A stretch of 64,000 nucleotides of DNA from Paraphysomonas bandaiensis (taxonomy: Eukaryota > Protista > Chrysophyceae), in contig CBFFRP010000217.1 in assembly GCA_965644295.1 (NCBI GenBank), positions 415,885 through 479,884 of the forward strand. The letters are read 5' to 3'. The notes beneath the pieces were generated by a model. That model saw only the letters and a list, made by a program, of their open reading frames with translations. It did no database searches and was not told the DNA's origin. Made by a program: the position numbers and the translations under genes. Positions 45,201-58,972 of the stretch are shown piece after piece (position 1 is the first letter of the stretch; every line of letters starts with the position of its first letter).

Positions 45201-48200
45201 TGTGCTCTTGAGATTCGGAAGCCGAACAATTGTCTGCATCGTGGGTTCTATCACGTCCCAACTACAAACAAATACATCAAGTCATACATCATTTGGATAA
45301 TGATATCATCTCACCGAGTTTCGAATAATTTAGCTATGGTATCTATAGAGAGTATTCGTGCTTTCTCGACCTCTCTCGCTGCAAGTTCTCCCGCATACAT
45401 AACCCGACAAAAAGATTCCATTCTCTACAATGTTACATAAATCCAAGAGCACAAAAAAAACAACCAGAGCTAGTGAAATACCATTGAAGCTTCAGAACTG
45501 GATGGCTCTGGGACTTCCAGTATATCACCCTCATGATGAGAACCACCTGTTTTCACAATATTCTGGCACTGAACCTTCCAGAATCTCAGACACAACTTTC
45601 TTAAAGAAGCTACATTACCTTCATATCTTGTTCAGCTGCGTCTAGTACCGTTTTGTTCCATCGGGCATTGTACTTTTCATTGTGATCACCGCTATCTGAT
45701 GTATATCCTACCTCAGCCGGAAAGTCCTCTATCAGTGGATAGAGCCCAGTTATAAGAAGTGCCGCATTATCTCGTATTACACTGTCAGGAAGAACTACAC
45801 AGAGGTCTTGAATCAATAAAACTCCTACAATGCGAACTGAAGAATTCTTGCATCCCAGAGCTGTGTCAATTGTGTGCATGATCTTCGGTAAGAATTTAAC
45901 AATATCATCAGGTTTAAGGAGCTGTAACAGTCCTCGCAATACTCTCATGGAGTGAACCTGAACCGCCACACGCTTCATAAACCAATTGCGTTGAATTGAG
46001 TTGGTTATAATATAGAGAAAGTTGGCGTTCAGAATATCTGCCACATTATTATCAAGGTCCATTGAAATGTCCTGCTGCGTTGCAATGTTATGACGTTCGC
46101 TTTGTTGCCGTAATATTCACACCTCGTCAGTTGCATTTTCAACTCTCCTGCGTGATTTCCTATGAACCATCGTATGGGAACGAACCCGCCATTCTCCAGC
46201 CTTTATCAGGGTACATATGATTCTTAATGCTCGTCGACTAGCCGTTACAACACTGCTAGAGTGAGAACCCAAGTGCCATACAATAAATCTGTAAGAATAT
46301 GAAATGTGAGTGCAATTCAAGTAGGGTATATATCTACCGCAGAATTCGTTGGACCACGCCAGTGCCAGGAAGAGGCACAGATTCTGAAGACAATGTGTCT
46401 GTCGCATAAAGGGTGCTGTTCAGGGGGGCAGCATAGATATTTTCCAGGCACTGTGCGATTCCTCCTTCAATAAGAGAATATACATCCATACTGCGTAGTG
46501 GAGAATGAGTATATCAGATCGATCACATCGAAATAACAGTCGCACCTCATGACGTCATCGGATGAGAGTATTCGAAATATACACAGCGGATTTTTATCGA
46601 TGAGAGTGTGGAATGAGGTCATTGACTGTTGCTGACCGGTGTGGTGTAAACCTAATCCAGTTTTATTATTCGTACGATCATCTTTGTGGAGACTCCCGGA
46701 TATCCGGCGTTGAGTAGAGCTCCGCTGATGACCTGACATAGCCGCCACACCCATCGACCGAAATATGTGCCGTAGAGTGAGGAAGGCAACATTGTCGTGA
46801 TACAAAATTACGCTGTGCATGATATGTGCAAACTGGTCACATATCAGCTGCTGAATATCGTAACCGCAGCGCGAGGCAACCCTTGACATCATATCCTTGG
46901 AACTGAAGTTAATAAAGCACATGAAAACGTCAGAAATAAACGCACCATGAGGGCTGGAGACTGAAGTAACGGCCTGAAGAATATATCGGCAGCCAATTGA
47001 GCATGGTCACCAGTCAGAAGCCTGTAAATAAGGCCACCCTTTACGACATCTCCAGCGCTACCAGATGGATTCTCTGGACACTGCAGAGATAGCGACAGAA
47101 ACGTCTCGAGGATCATGTGATATAACCAATCACAGAGTGGGCATTCGTCTGAGGGTTGTAACAATAACGCCGACAGACCCCAAAGAGCAATCTAATACCA
47201 CCAAACTCTACGTGAAAATAAACAATGAAAAATAAACTGCCAACCTGTGGTTCTGTGAGAAAAGTATTAAGAATGAGCCTTTTGAATGCAGAGACACATA
47301 TCCAGATGGAGGTGGTAAGTCTTCTACGCTCAACGTCTGATAGTGCGTCGTGTTTAGTCTCCACATCCCCGGAAGCGGTAGCAGCTGCAACACTCTTGTT
47401 ATCATTGGTGGTTCTGGAGTATTCGTCGTGCGAGAGTGTCTCTGACGCCCGCTTCACGGCCACACTTGCCTCATGGAGCAACCCCAACGGCTGAACCCCC
47501 ACTGCGCAACTTAAACCCCACCAGATGTCTCTGTCGTCCACATCAATACCTTCCCGCCACTTGAATGAGGCATCCAGTAAGCCCACACCTAGCAACTCAG
47601 AAACACTCTGGGCGAGGTCTGCATGTGGAGGTAAATGCTCTGAGAGAAGTTTGCATACGTTGTCCAATTCCTTGCCCATAGAGAGAATGGAGAGTGAACG
47701 TACGGCACACCGCTCCAACCCACACCATAGACGCAGCGAGGTTAACAGTCGAATCAAACTACAATATTCCAAATACAGCATCTGATAAGGCTCCTCGTCA
47801 GTACAAGAGTTCTTCAGTAAGCAATCAGATGATATACGCCCCACCATGCTTTCAACACATACTTTAGCAAGCCTATATACAGTTTGAACTAACTGTCTAC
47901 ACAAGGCTTCACTTTCAGATTCCATGACCGTCGTCGTTAATGAATGTGGTGTTTCAAAAATATCCATGGCGTTACACCACCCATCGATATTGGTAGCCGC
48001 CTGTGCCAGCATAAGGACTTTACACGTATCCACGACACCAATTTCCGATGAAATTTCTTGCATAAACTGTCCTACATTTCGCTTCATCTTCACACCCTTT
48101 TCCACTCCCATGCTCGTGTTCAGATCAAAGAAAATTGAGTCCGCAGCAAAATACTTCGAGGACAACAGGGTGTGAACTCTATGTGAGAACTTTGTAATGA

Positions 48201-50888
48201 ACATGTATCTGATAGCCACACCTAAAATGGCGTCGAGGAACCGAAGTTTGCTTAATGCAGATGGGTCACTAATAGTGATCGACGATTCATGGAAAGAAGA
48301 TAGCTCTATATTTATCTCTGATACTAACACTGAAGCAGTAGGAACAAGCCGAATTATGCCACCCGCGAAAGATTTTAGATCAGTTGCAGGGTACGGCTCT
48401 GTGAACACATAAGTGGAAGCAAATCTGTTGAACGCATCTTCGAGCTCAGTATACACTGTTCTGGTCCAAATATCACCACCGGTATTGTGCAAGGAATGAC
48501 AAAGCAACTTAGGCAGAGTATCGTCATCGCTGCAATCGGTGGTAACAGAACATAACAGTGAGGATACAATGTAGGCGTAAACACTGTACCAATCCTGGCA
48601 GTACACTAATCTATATATCTTATGAACCTTGTCGTCGACGGATAAGAGAAAGTCATTTGTAAAATCACAATCAATAATATCACCAGCAATGTTGTCAACA
48701 TGGGAGAGCTCAATCTCTTTTTCACTTCGAACTTTATCATATACGCTGCATTGAATCTTGAGCGGATCGGGAAGTGACAAGTCCCGGATTTTCTCTAATA
48801 GCACACGACATAATCGTTCCATCACACAACTGATCGTTCTCTCCACAGATCCTGTGGGAGAACGGTGAAAGTAGCTGAGTAGCAGTGGCTTCTGCACAAG
48901 AATCCGCCCCGCTGATGCTGCAACAGTATGGAACGTTGCGGTGATAGGAAAGTGTGGGGAAGACATTACTCTTTCCATCTCCCTCCGCATAGCATCAACG
49001 TAAAGAGACAGCACCCGCGCAAGCACACTCTCGTCCTCCAACGGCGTCTCCTCGATACAGGACGGGCGAACTGAGGCAAGCAAAAACTCAGCCAATATCA
49101 TTACCTACATGTACCTCATTAGTTCCCATCAATGTGCTTATCCAAAATGTACCTCTGTTTCACTGTGTTTACTTGTTTGGCGGCCTACTAGCAGATGTGT
49201 GCGGTGTTTAATAAATGTCACTACGTCTGGTGTAGCACCACTTTGTATGAGTTCCCCTGTATACTGATGAAAATATAAAAATATTTCAAACACGTACACA
49301 CCTTGTGCACTATTCCTTCTCGGCTCGTTGTGTCTGGTAGGAGAAGTACGTTGGCCATTACCTTTTCCAGTGCTTGCCAGTTGACTGTGATGCTCTGATT
49401 CCGGAAGATATCGAGACCACTGATTGTCCTCCTCCTTATCTTGTTCATTGAGATGAATAGGCAAATAATCGCTTGGTGTTGAAGTGGGAGATCCGATCCG
49501 GCGCCGCAAATACCGTGCCGGTGAATTGGGAGTTTTCTCGGAGCCGAAACTTACTCGCTTTGTCCCTCGCTCCTCCCTGTCACTCGACAAATTGTCGTCC
49601 TCCATTGCGCTCACCGGCATGATGGACCAACAGGACACGGCGTCACGTATCTCCCTGGCGGCTAGGACGCTACAGAGGTAAAGAGAGAAGGCATGTACAC
49701 ATTCAACTGATGATTCATCACTGCATACACAATGCAACAGGGAAGACAAAGTGGAAAACGAAATATACGCTGCTCCAGGAGAAGCCACAGAACATTGATA
49801 GAGAGCATACAAGAGTGTCGCAAGTGATCGTCGAGAAATATCACTCGCAACATCTTCTGCCATTGCAAGTAGAGACTTCTCTATTACAGGAGTCAATACA
49901 AGTACAAGAGATGTACCTTGACCTGACCCACCAGTACAAGTGCTCTGTTAGATAAGTTGTAAGACAAATATTGACGACTGTTCTACATTGAATATACCTT
50001 CACATTACCGACTGAGGTTGCCGATAGAGGTGCACGGCAATAGGCCACCACATCGGTTCCAAAAGAGTGGGCGTGCAGAACGAGTACTCGACGCAGAAAT
50101 TTAACCACCAGATAGCACATCGTCTCGAAATCAGTCATTATATTGCTCATGTCCATACAAGAATAGACCCGTGTGGTGGATGCAAATGTTTCCACCACCC
50201 CCTCAATTACTGTCACCAGGCTCTGGCCGTGCAGAGTGCGCAGTACGCACTCTTCACTGACCAGTTCTAACAGTGCATTAATACACAGCACTGGGGATCT
50301 AATGACAGGTAGGAAAGAAAGAACCAGGAAAATTTGCTCAGAATCAAAACATGTGTTGAATGGAGACAGAGCATGACCCGCAGATCGGTCCCGACAAAAT
50401 GCGCCATATCCTCCATATAAAAACACTAGTATAGAATACAATTGCGACGGATTTTCGATGACGAACCGTTCTGCTCGTTCGTTATCCCCATACTTAAGAT
50501 ACATGGGGTACATACATGGTACATTTGCCTTGTGCGCCATATATTCAACTAATTCAGTCACATTGTGAATGGTACTACCTAGTGCCGCCCATATACTCGA
50601 GGAATTATCAGCACCCCTCAAAACAAGACTGCATAAATCTCCCAACAAAAGAGCAGAACTTAGATCGCAATACGATAAAATAGAAAACTCTAATAGTGAA
50701 AAAAACAGCTTTGAATGAAAGGAATAAGACGACTCTTTCGGAACTCTATTGCCATCAAATGCAGTGATGATAACCATATATACAAGTTTAATCTGCTTCA
50801 ACGACATGCTTGGACCACCACGAAATTTCTCAAGAAGAAAATCCACCTGATGGATTACATTCTCTACTACTCCTTCTGGATTATCCAT
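39285..50888 (-). CDS. ATR: Serine/threonine kinase ATR (PIKK family), many short introns
   Basis: Kinase motifs [76 protein letters not shown]; FAT motifs [39 protein letters not shown]; [12 protein letters not shown]|WMPWL*; HEAT-like N-terminal exons from 50888. Confidence 0.92.
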
Positions 50889-51572
50889 AATATATTCTAC
50901 AGGGATTCAATGGATACTCATCACATTACAAGCATATCTATGAGTGTGACATCATCATATCTGACAGCACTGTATAATAGTATGAAGGAGAAGTAATAAG
51001 ACTTGCTTATACACAGAAGAGTCGTATGATACACGTTCTTATCAATCAACTTTTTATTTATCTTCGAAGTCAGTCAATCTCCTTCTCCTTCTTCTTCTTC
51101 TTTACTTTAATGAGATATAAATTTCCTTATTTTTAGGTTTAAAATTTGAAATATGAAAAAATCTGTAGATTTGTGTTTTGCTGATATAAAACACCACTTT
51201 TCAATGGTTAGGAAATACACCACCGTATACAACAGTATACTCTGTATATACATCTGCTGCCGTACAGCAGTGTTACGCATTGTTCACACTGTACATCATC
51301 ATACCGTTTCCCATACATCCCCACCAAATTATGCCTATACTGTAGCATACAGCAGCAGTATATGTTACTAGTCGTATGGGTTGGTGGGAGATGCGGGATG
51401 CAGTTGTTTGTTTCATATGTACCTCTTCCCATCTTATGTGCTTCTGCATATGGAGTGAAGCGGAACTAGAAGACTTACGAGGCCCAATTAATAACGTAAT
51501 ATATATTATTTATCGCGGTATGATTGTTAGAAAGGCGATACAGTGGCTTAACGTGTTACATTAATCGAAACC

Positions 51573-52935
51573 ATGACCACCCCTGAAGCGGAGTGGACTG
51601 TTTACTTTAAGCCAGGAGAAAGGTGTCCCTCCCTGGAGAGAAGACCATCTCTGAAACGATCGAATAGCAGTAGAACACCACCTAGAAAGGACAGTTTTGA
51701 ATGTGTTGGGAAAGATGTCGTAAGATGCATCTCCGCCATGGTTTTATCATACATCAGCGAATCCAACAGAGTCGGCCACGTCCCGTGTAGCGAATATAAA
51801 ATATTTAATAAGGGAGGATGTGATATTGAATCCGCTATCGTTCAATCGTATCCAGAGGTAGGAAACCACTTTCTTATTTTTGTCTTTAATTTGTTTTTGT
51901 TAGGACATAACATTGGATGCAGTATATCAATTTTTTTCTGTAATTCACGCTGAAGCACAGCTAGAGTATGAGTGCATGATTATATCCCTTATATATCTGG
52001 AAAGGATGATTGAGTATACAAATAGCAGATTCATGGTGTGTCACCACAACTGGAAGGGCGCTTTGTTGACATGTTTGATGGTGTCATCTAAAATATACGA
52101 CGATTTCTCGATGCTGAATGCGGGGTTTGCTGCAATTTTTAACTCACTCTCTCTTACACGGCTGAATGAAATGGAGCTAATGTTTGTCAGTATGATAAAC
52201 TACGCTACCTTTGTTAGTGGAGACGAATACTGCAGGCGACATAGAACTGTACAGGAGTCCCGGCCTACTACACCCATCATGAACCCCCTTGTACACGCTG
52301 CTAGTATGAGCAGCCTCATAACTTCCCCCTCCGCTGAGCTGAGTGAGCAAACTATCCGTGAAGCTGACGAGGAAGATGAGGATGAGGATGAGGAGCAGGA
52401 ACTCGAGTTAAGAGGACATAGACGTACAATACACACCTCACCTGCGGTTGCGCGCACTCCTCCTAGCTCCCAGCCTGGCGTCATCCAATCTGGGTACACC
52501 CCCCCTGTACGGGGATCAGATACACCAGTTTCTCAAAACATGCCTCGTGCTTGCAGTCGTGACCAGTGGATAACCTGCACTGGGAGCTCATCGAGTTCAT
52601 GTAAGTCTTCCTGTAAAGCGTCATCTCAAGGCACCCCTCCACTTCACCCTGGAACAGGAGTAGGGTCAGCTCCAGGCCCAGGAATCGCCAAGGAGATTGA
52701 CACACGAAACGACTCCGAAGGTCAGGGACAATATAGCAACACTAGCACGATATCAATCCCATCTACTGCAAGCCTTTCGAACTGGCGATTTGTGCGTGTG
52801 CTGAACCGTGTGATAAGTTCTTTTTCTCTAACGCCATCACACGCCAAAGTTCACCCGACGGAGAATACTCGTATATCCCTCACCGTCTTCTCCAATATAG
52901 AAGACGAAGACCCTGCCGTGGAGGAGATATACTAG
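51573..52935 (+). CDS. Cyclin Y/Pho80-like cyclin, 2 exons
   Basis: AQLEYECMIISLIYLERM...NWK..LLTCLMVSSKIYDDFSMLN...LNEMELMFV is a cyclin box of the Cyclin Y type. Intron 51858-51903. Confidence 0.85.
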
Positions 52936-53872
52936 CATTTGCACCGCGTTGATTTCATTTATGTTGCTGGGAGGCCTTTTCCGCCTCAGTGTTGCCGTGT
53001 CCAATATTGTATGGAGCGAGAAGTTTGTTGTTTTCTTTGTCGTGAGGTTTCAGCCACGCATTACACCTACTAGAATATATATACATATGCATGTGTAGTT
53101 AGATAGCAATAAGTTGTCTTGTGTGTATTTTCCGTTCGAGGCGTAAATTTCTGCTGCCGTGGAATTGAAAAGTTTCATGCATTATCACAATATGTAATGA
53201 TGCAGCCGTGTGATGTGCGTACAGCCTTGTTCCAATATATATCAATTCTGTTTTTCTAGGAGTTTATGATTTAGTGACGTAATTATATATGTGCTTTACT
53301 GCCATTTCAAAATTATTGCTGAAATGCATTCAATATTATTCTAGTTTTATTACCTACATCACATCCTTGAAGTGTGCACCATTTCAGTAGACATTAACTA
53401 GTATGGGCGTGTACTATTTCTGAAGAATGCTGTTGATGTAATCGCCATGGTTAGTGGTCAAATGGAAAGCTAGTCTATATATATATTATAGTAGCTAGTG
53501 AATGTCTGATTATTAGCAATTAGCAATAGTACACACATATAAATGAGAGATCAAAAAGGGATCATATTATATTGTGACTTAATAGAGGAAGAACATACTT
53601 TTTTAAGTCACACGAAATTAGCTCGCACCCGAAAGCAACCGCAGACGGATTTAGCTAAAAGAAAGTTGGAAGGTTGATTTGCGACAGTGACAAACAAAAT
53701 ATATCCATATCCATAATTGGTGGTACTTTTGCTCTCACACGCATACCATTTCAAGGTCCGTAAAATAAAATAAAAACTCTACGGTATAAAACAAATATTC
53801 TCGTGAGGTAAAAAACGAACCAATACAACATGCACAAAAACAGTTATACTTAGTACACATAAAGTACTATGA

Positions 53873-55810
53873 TTATTTTGAAATAGTACTTCTCGCGAGA
53901 TACTCAACAGCGGTTTTAATTGCTGTTGATAGTGGCAAGTGAAGTTGAGTGGCCAGCAGCTGCAATCTATGCGAACTACCGAAATCTGAACCATATGCTG
54001 AACCATTGGAAGTGCGCGAGGCACCCCCGATGTTCTCACCCAGTTCGTCGATACTAATGACATCACGGGTCGTAGTAGGACTGCGTAAGCCGTCTCCAAG
54101 CAATAACCAATTCACCATAGCTTCAGTGGTCCATCTTTTGTAACAACTATGACCTGGTCTAACTGGATCTGAGCGAACTCGCTCTACATGACCACATAAT
54201 GCGACTATAATAGCTTCTAGTTCATTTTTTCCGCACTTAAGTAGATTACTGCTTTCCTGAATGCGCATTCTGTCAATGAAAGGGTGATTTAAGAGATCTG
54301 CAGCGGAGTCACGCAACGCCGGATCCTGTTGTAGACACCTGGAGAGGAAGTCTCTAAACTCAGAACTCCATGGTCCACTACTTGGCAAACTGGGCGGAGG
54401 AAGGTTCTTCAGGTTCTGCAGAATATTCCAGAACCCTCCAGTTACTTCAACCGGCTTACGGCCTAGAGCAATGGTAAGTAAAGTCATACCAAGTGACCAA
54501 ATATCACTGGGGTAGCTATACTCCGCTCCATCCAGCCTCTCTGGCGCCATGTACGCCGCTGTTCCAGCACAAGATTGTGACCGATCATCAGACCCAGTGT
54601 CTTGGTCGTTTTGAACCATTATACCTAAATCTGATATCTTCACTTCCCCTTTACTGTTAATGAGAAGGTTTGCTGGCTTAACGTCACGATGTATTTGACT
54701 GCACTGATGGAGGAAACTGAGACCAGCCAATGTCTGGGCTGCAATGCTGGCCAGAAGCCCTTCATCGGTGCACCCGACAGAGTCTACCATACTCTGTAAT
54801 GATCCCCCATCCATATGTTCCATCATTAGCGCTACCCCACCGTCCTCAACGTTGCTAAACGCATCGTAAAAGTCAACGATATAGTTTTGAGTATAGATGT
54901 GGTGTGGTTTCAGCTCGTCGTCGTCTTCTCGGTATTCAGTTACACTTTCCTCATCGCTGTCCTCTTCACACTCCACTGTTCTACCGTTATCATTATTATC
55001 GTTCAGCATCACGCTCTGCTGTCGCCTTGAATTAAAATCAAAACGAAAGCTGACATGTTTTGGAGGCAACGTTATATCTTCTTTCTTATGTCGCAGTAAT
55101 TCGTAAAGAGCCCCTAGCTCACGAACCATCTGGCGACGCTTGGACCTAAGCCATTAAAATTAAAACATTTTTAACGAGATTAGCTTTTAACCTGTCACTT
55201 ATAGGAATCATTTTGACTGCCACAAGTCGCATTTCTGAGATGTCGAGGGCTTTGTACACGACGCTACTTGCACCAGCTCCGAGACGACCTAATATTACCA
55301 GACGTTCCTTCATTGGCAACCGAAGCGGAGTTTCAGACCCAATTCCATGTCTACATATCTCCTGATGAAAGCCATTTATATTTATGGCACCTATATGTCA
55401 GTATTAAACATCATGACTGCATGGAAACTGATTTACTTACCGAACGGTGACATTGTAAACGACTGATTCATGGGAGACTGCACACTTCGTGGACTCTCAA
55501 ATGAATTTTCGCTACAAACTGCCTGGTGTTCCACGTCATCATCGGATACATTCAAAGTTAAATTAAATCGTTTGGATACTTCTGATCGAGGGCTACTACA
55601 TGTGATGGGTTGGTCGTGGTAATTCCCCACATCATTAGACGATTGTGTGGAGTCATTCTCAGTCAATATGGTACATACACTCTCTTTAGTTTCCAGTCTA
55701 TTTGAATTTTTTGATGCTTTAAGTCGTCCTGTCGTAATCTCATAATTCACATCACTACCACTCTTATAGCGTGCATCCACCGACGTTCCTCTTGATGACG
55801 AGCACCCCAT
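53873..55810 (-). CDS. MAP kinase kinase (STE7 family) with an N-terminal MGCSSS acylation motif, multi-exon
   Basis: Gly loop LGAGASSVVYK in the middle exon, MEHMDGGSL, IHRDVKPANLLINSKGEVKISDLG, GTAAYMAPERL, SDIWSLG. Confidence 0.85.
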
Positions 55811-57220
55811 GACACACTATTGTCAATCAATAATCCTTAGCTCCTTAGGTCTTCTCTACCTCAGAGGGTAAGTATATACTATAGTTCATCTATTTGAACT
55901 CTCGCATTGCTCGATATGTGCATCTAACAGTCTCTGGTATCAAGGGACTCAAGTCGTCACTTCAAATACACGCATATCGCTAGGTCGCTTTTTGCGTGCC
56001 TCTCATGACGATATTAGCCAATCAGAAGCGAATAAAACACTATCATTGAATACAAGATCATAAGTGTATCTTCGTGACTACAGTGGAATACATTGACAGT
56101 TATGTTGCATTGTTGCATATGAAGATATTAGAGCGATATCTGGTTCACAGGCAGTGGGTAATGTCCATTATACAAACTAGAGATGAGATCATATAATAGG
56201 GTCGATTCAAAGTGATCTCAAGTACAGCAGACGGTTCCCTGAGCCATTGGTTGCCTACTATGAAAACAATTATGCCTAGACATATTGTGTGTGGCTTGTA
56301 GACACTGTTATTCCTTATAACCAAGGGTTAATCGTTATCGTTAAGTATATTCGAGCCTCTCTTTCTACAACACAGTACATTGTACTGTCTTCATCAGGCT
56401 GATATGCTTATCTGTCAAGTGTAGACATTGTCCTTCACTCAAAATTCACGTTATTTTGCCCCATACATTGAGACGGAAGAAGTTGAATACAATTGAACTA
56501 ATTGAAGTTTATAACTTTCTTTTAATTCATCAAACATTATTTTCAAATAATTACATGTCTTCGCTGCACCCATTCACTCAACACGAGTGTCAGCATCAGT
56601 GTTTTTTGTTTTTACAATAATAATGTTGAGCAAGTGTCTGTTAATGCATAATTTTTGACATAGTCATCTATGTTTAGACGAGTTATACGAAGTCAAATTC
56701 TGAGTACTGAAACGGTTAGCTTGAGTTGTAACAATGATGAACTGGAACAGCTAATCTTTCGGAGAAGTGTCGTTTATTGGAAATATCTTTGTTGCAACCT
56801 CCTTTCAAAGGAAACTAATCCGTTATTATTTCCCCGTGCATATGTGATACCTATGCCACAGCGTTAGCTTCATTGTGAAACTGATAGTGTAAAACCGTTA
56901 TCTTGTTTTACCATATTCATTTATAAAGCTTCCATTGAAGATATTTCACTGCAGTATTTATATACAGACAAGTGATAAATCGAGTTCTTAGGCATGTTTA
57001 GTGATAATACACGACCAAAGTGTAAATGGCTTAGATAATATCTTTCGATGTATCCGTTATATGTATAAGTACTTTACATATTCGTATTCAGCATGAAATG
57101 ATCCACAACGCAGAAAATTGTAAAAATTATACGTTAGAAACAATGAAACTAATTAAACTACAATGCAAAGTGTCTACAATATCAACTTCACATGAGACAA
57201 TTTTACAACAGTCGTGGCAT

Positions 57221-58363
57221 CTACTCTGGTAATGCATGTAAAGCTCTGATAAGGTCAGTATACGAAAGACATCCACACCCAACCCCGTTCACCCCATCTA
57301 TGGTATCTATAATCCACACGCGGTGAATGTGATGGCGTACCATATATTCCGCAGCGTCCCCTATGCTTGCGTCTCGTGTAATGCATACCGCAGACCGAGG
57401 GTATGTTGTGTCGCCCGGAGGGGAGTTGCGGAGTAGAAAATCCTTCACTGTCATTGTAGACAACGATGTGAGTAGGGCTGCTTTATTGGGGCCAGCGGTT
57501 TCCAAGTCCCGCCATATCGATCGGGTGTCGGCTGCTGATAGAGTTGATACTATCTGACCTAGTGTTAAACACCATTTACAAGGTAGAATAACGACAAATA
57601 TATTCGAAGTACCTCTTTCATTGACAACGGCAACTGCAGGATGCACATGAATAAGCTCAAGTGCTTCTGGTAGAAGTGCATGTTCATTTACTTGCAATAG
57701 TCCGTCCTCCATCTTAACTGCCTCGACGGTCGCACGGAATTTTTCCTGTGTAATATACATATAAATCTGTGCGTACAAGGACATAGATGTACAAGTCGTA
57801 TCATGAGTCTTACCTCAAGCAAAGGGCTTACACGGCGCCTTTCTAAGAGAAACTTGATCACATCTGTCTGTGTTAGAAGCTTGCCAGATGTACGATGCTG
57901 GTTCGTTGCGGGAAGAACTAAACACCTGTGCAGTACTAGTACACATTACGAAATATCTAGAATATATAGCATGCGAACCTGTGCTAAACCTCTCCATGAC
58001 CTCTGCCAAAGGCGTGTTCTCAGAGGCCACAAAGAATGTCAACGACTCTTTTGTTGAACCAATAACATTGTGGACAGGGTCTTCAAGTGCAGCTGCTGCA
58101 TCTTTTTGTGCAAGAACATATGACAATATGTCTGCTGCTGATACCATTCCAATGTACTCTTTCATGTGGCATATCAAATGTGGCTCAGAGTTTGACTGAG
58201 GTGCCTCATATAGTGGAGCTGACGTGACATCCATTTGATAAAATACATGAAGAGTTTCATATATAGACATCGATGACTTGATGTCCAGGAGAGAACGCTT
58301 GTCTTTGGTAATGCTCTCAACTGTGATAAGCTCTGAATCATTCTGAAGCCATTCCTGAGTCAT
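57221..58363 (-). CDS. CBS-domain protein (AMPK gamma/Sds23-like), multi-exon
   Basis: CBS motifs VTSAPLY...YIGMVSAADIL, AVAVVNE, HHIHRVWII...LSYTDLIRAL. Confidence 0.8.
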
Positions 58364-58972
58364 TTTTATAGAATTAATGAATTATTTCTTGTTAAGTATC
58401 TGAACTGAACTGAACTGAATTATGAGTGACTATGACTATGAGACCAGTCGATATATGATTGCTATGGGAGTCTCTTCATTGAAGAATCTCCTTCTTCAAG
58501 ATGAGGTTGCAGAATGAAGTGTTCTGAAAGTCATCCTAGAGCCAATCAGGTGGGAGGTACATATTCTCAACCACATACAGTAGGGATGATGGTATACAGC
58601 GGTATATAAATATTCTTGTCTATAGTTCGGATACGCGGTTATTCCCAACAGTTCAAAGTCTCATGTACTCACCTGACTTGACCTGCTACGTACTTAAGTA
58701 TACGCATACACGATATATACATATAGATATGTACATCGTACATAGGTACATAAATATATACCACTCTTGACGACTGGAATCAATTGCTGATATATTCATA
58801 GTATGAATGGTGGATGTAGTGTTGTTGTATAGCAATAACATTGTCTGTCCATTACATATTGCATCAGGTGTCAGCCTTTACCATAATAAACAAGTAGACA
58901 TGAATGACATCACATGATACGACATGACATGCATTGAATAGGCTTCCTGCCTTTGCAAGGCACTAACTAATC

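Noticed and set aside
2764-55810. Functional cell-cycle cluster (INCENP, ATR, cyclin, MAP2K)
   Set aside because: The genes are far apart and interspersed with unrelated genes; there is no evidence of co-regulation.
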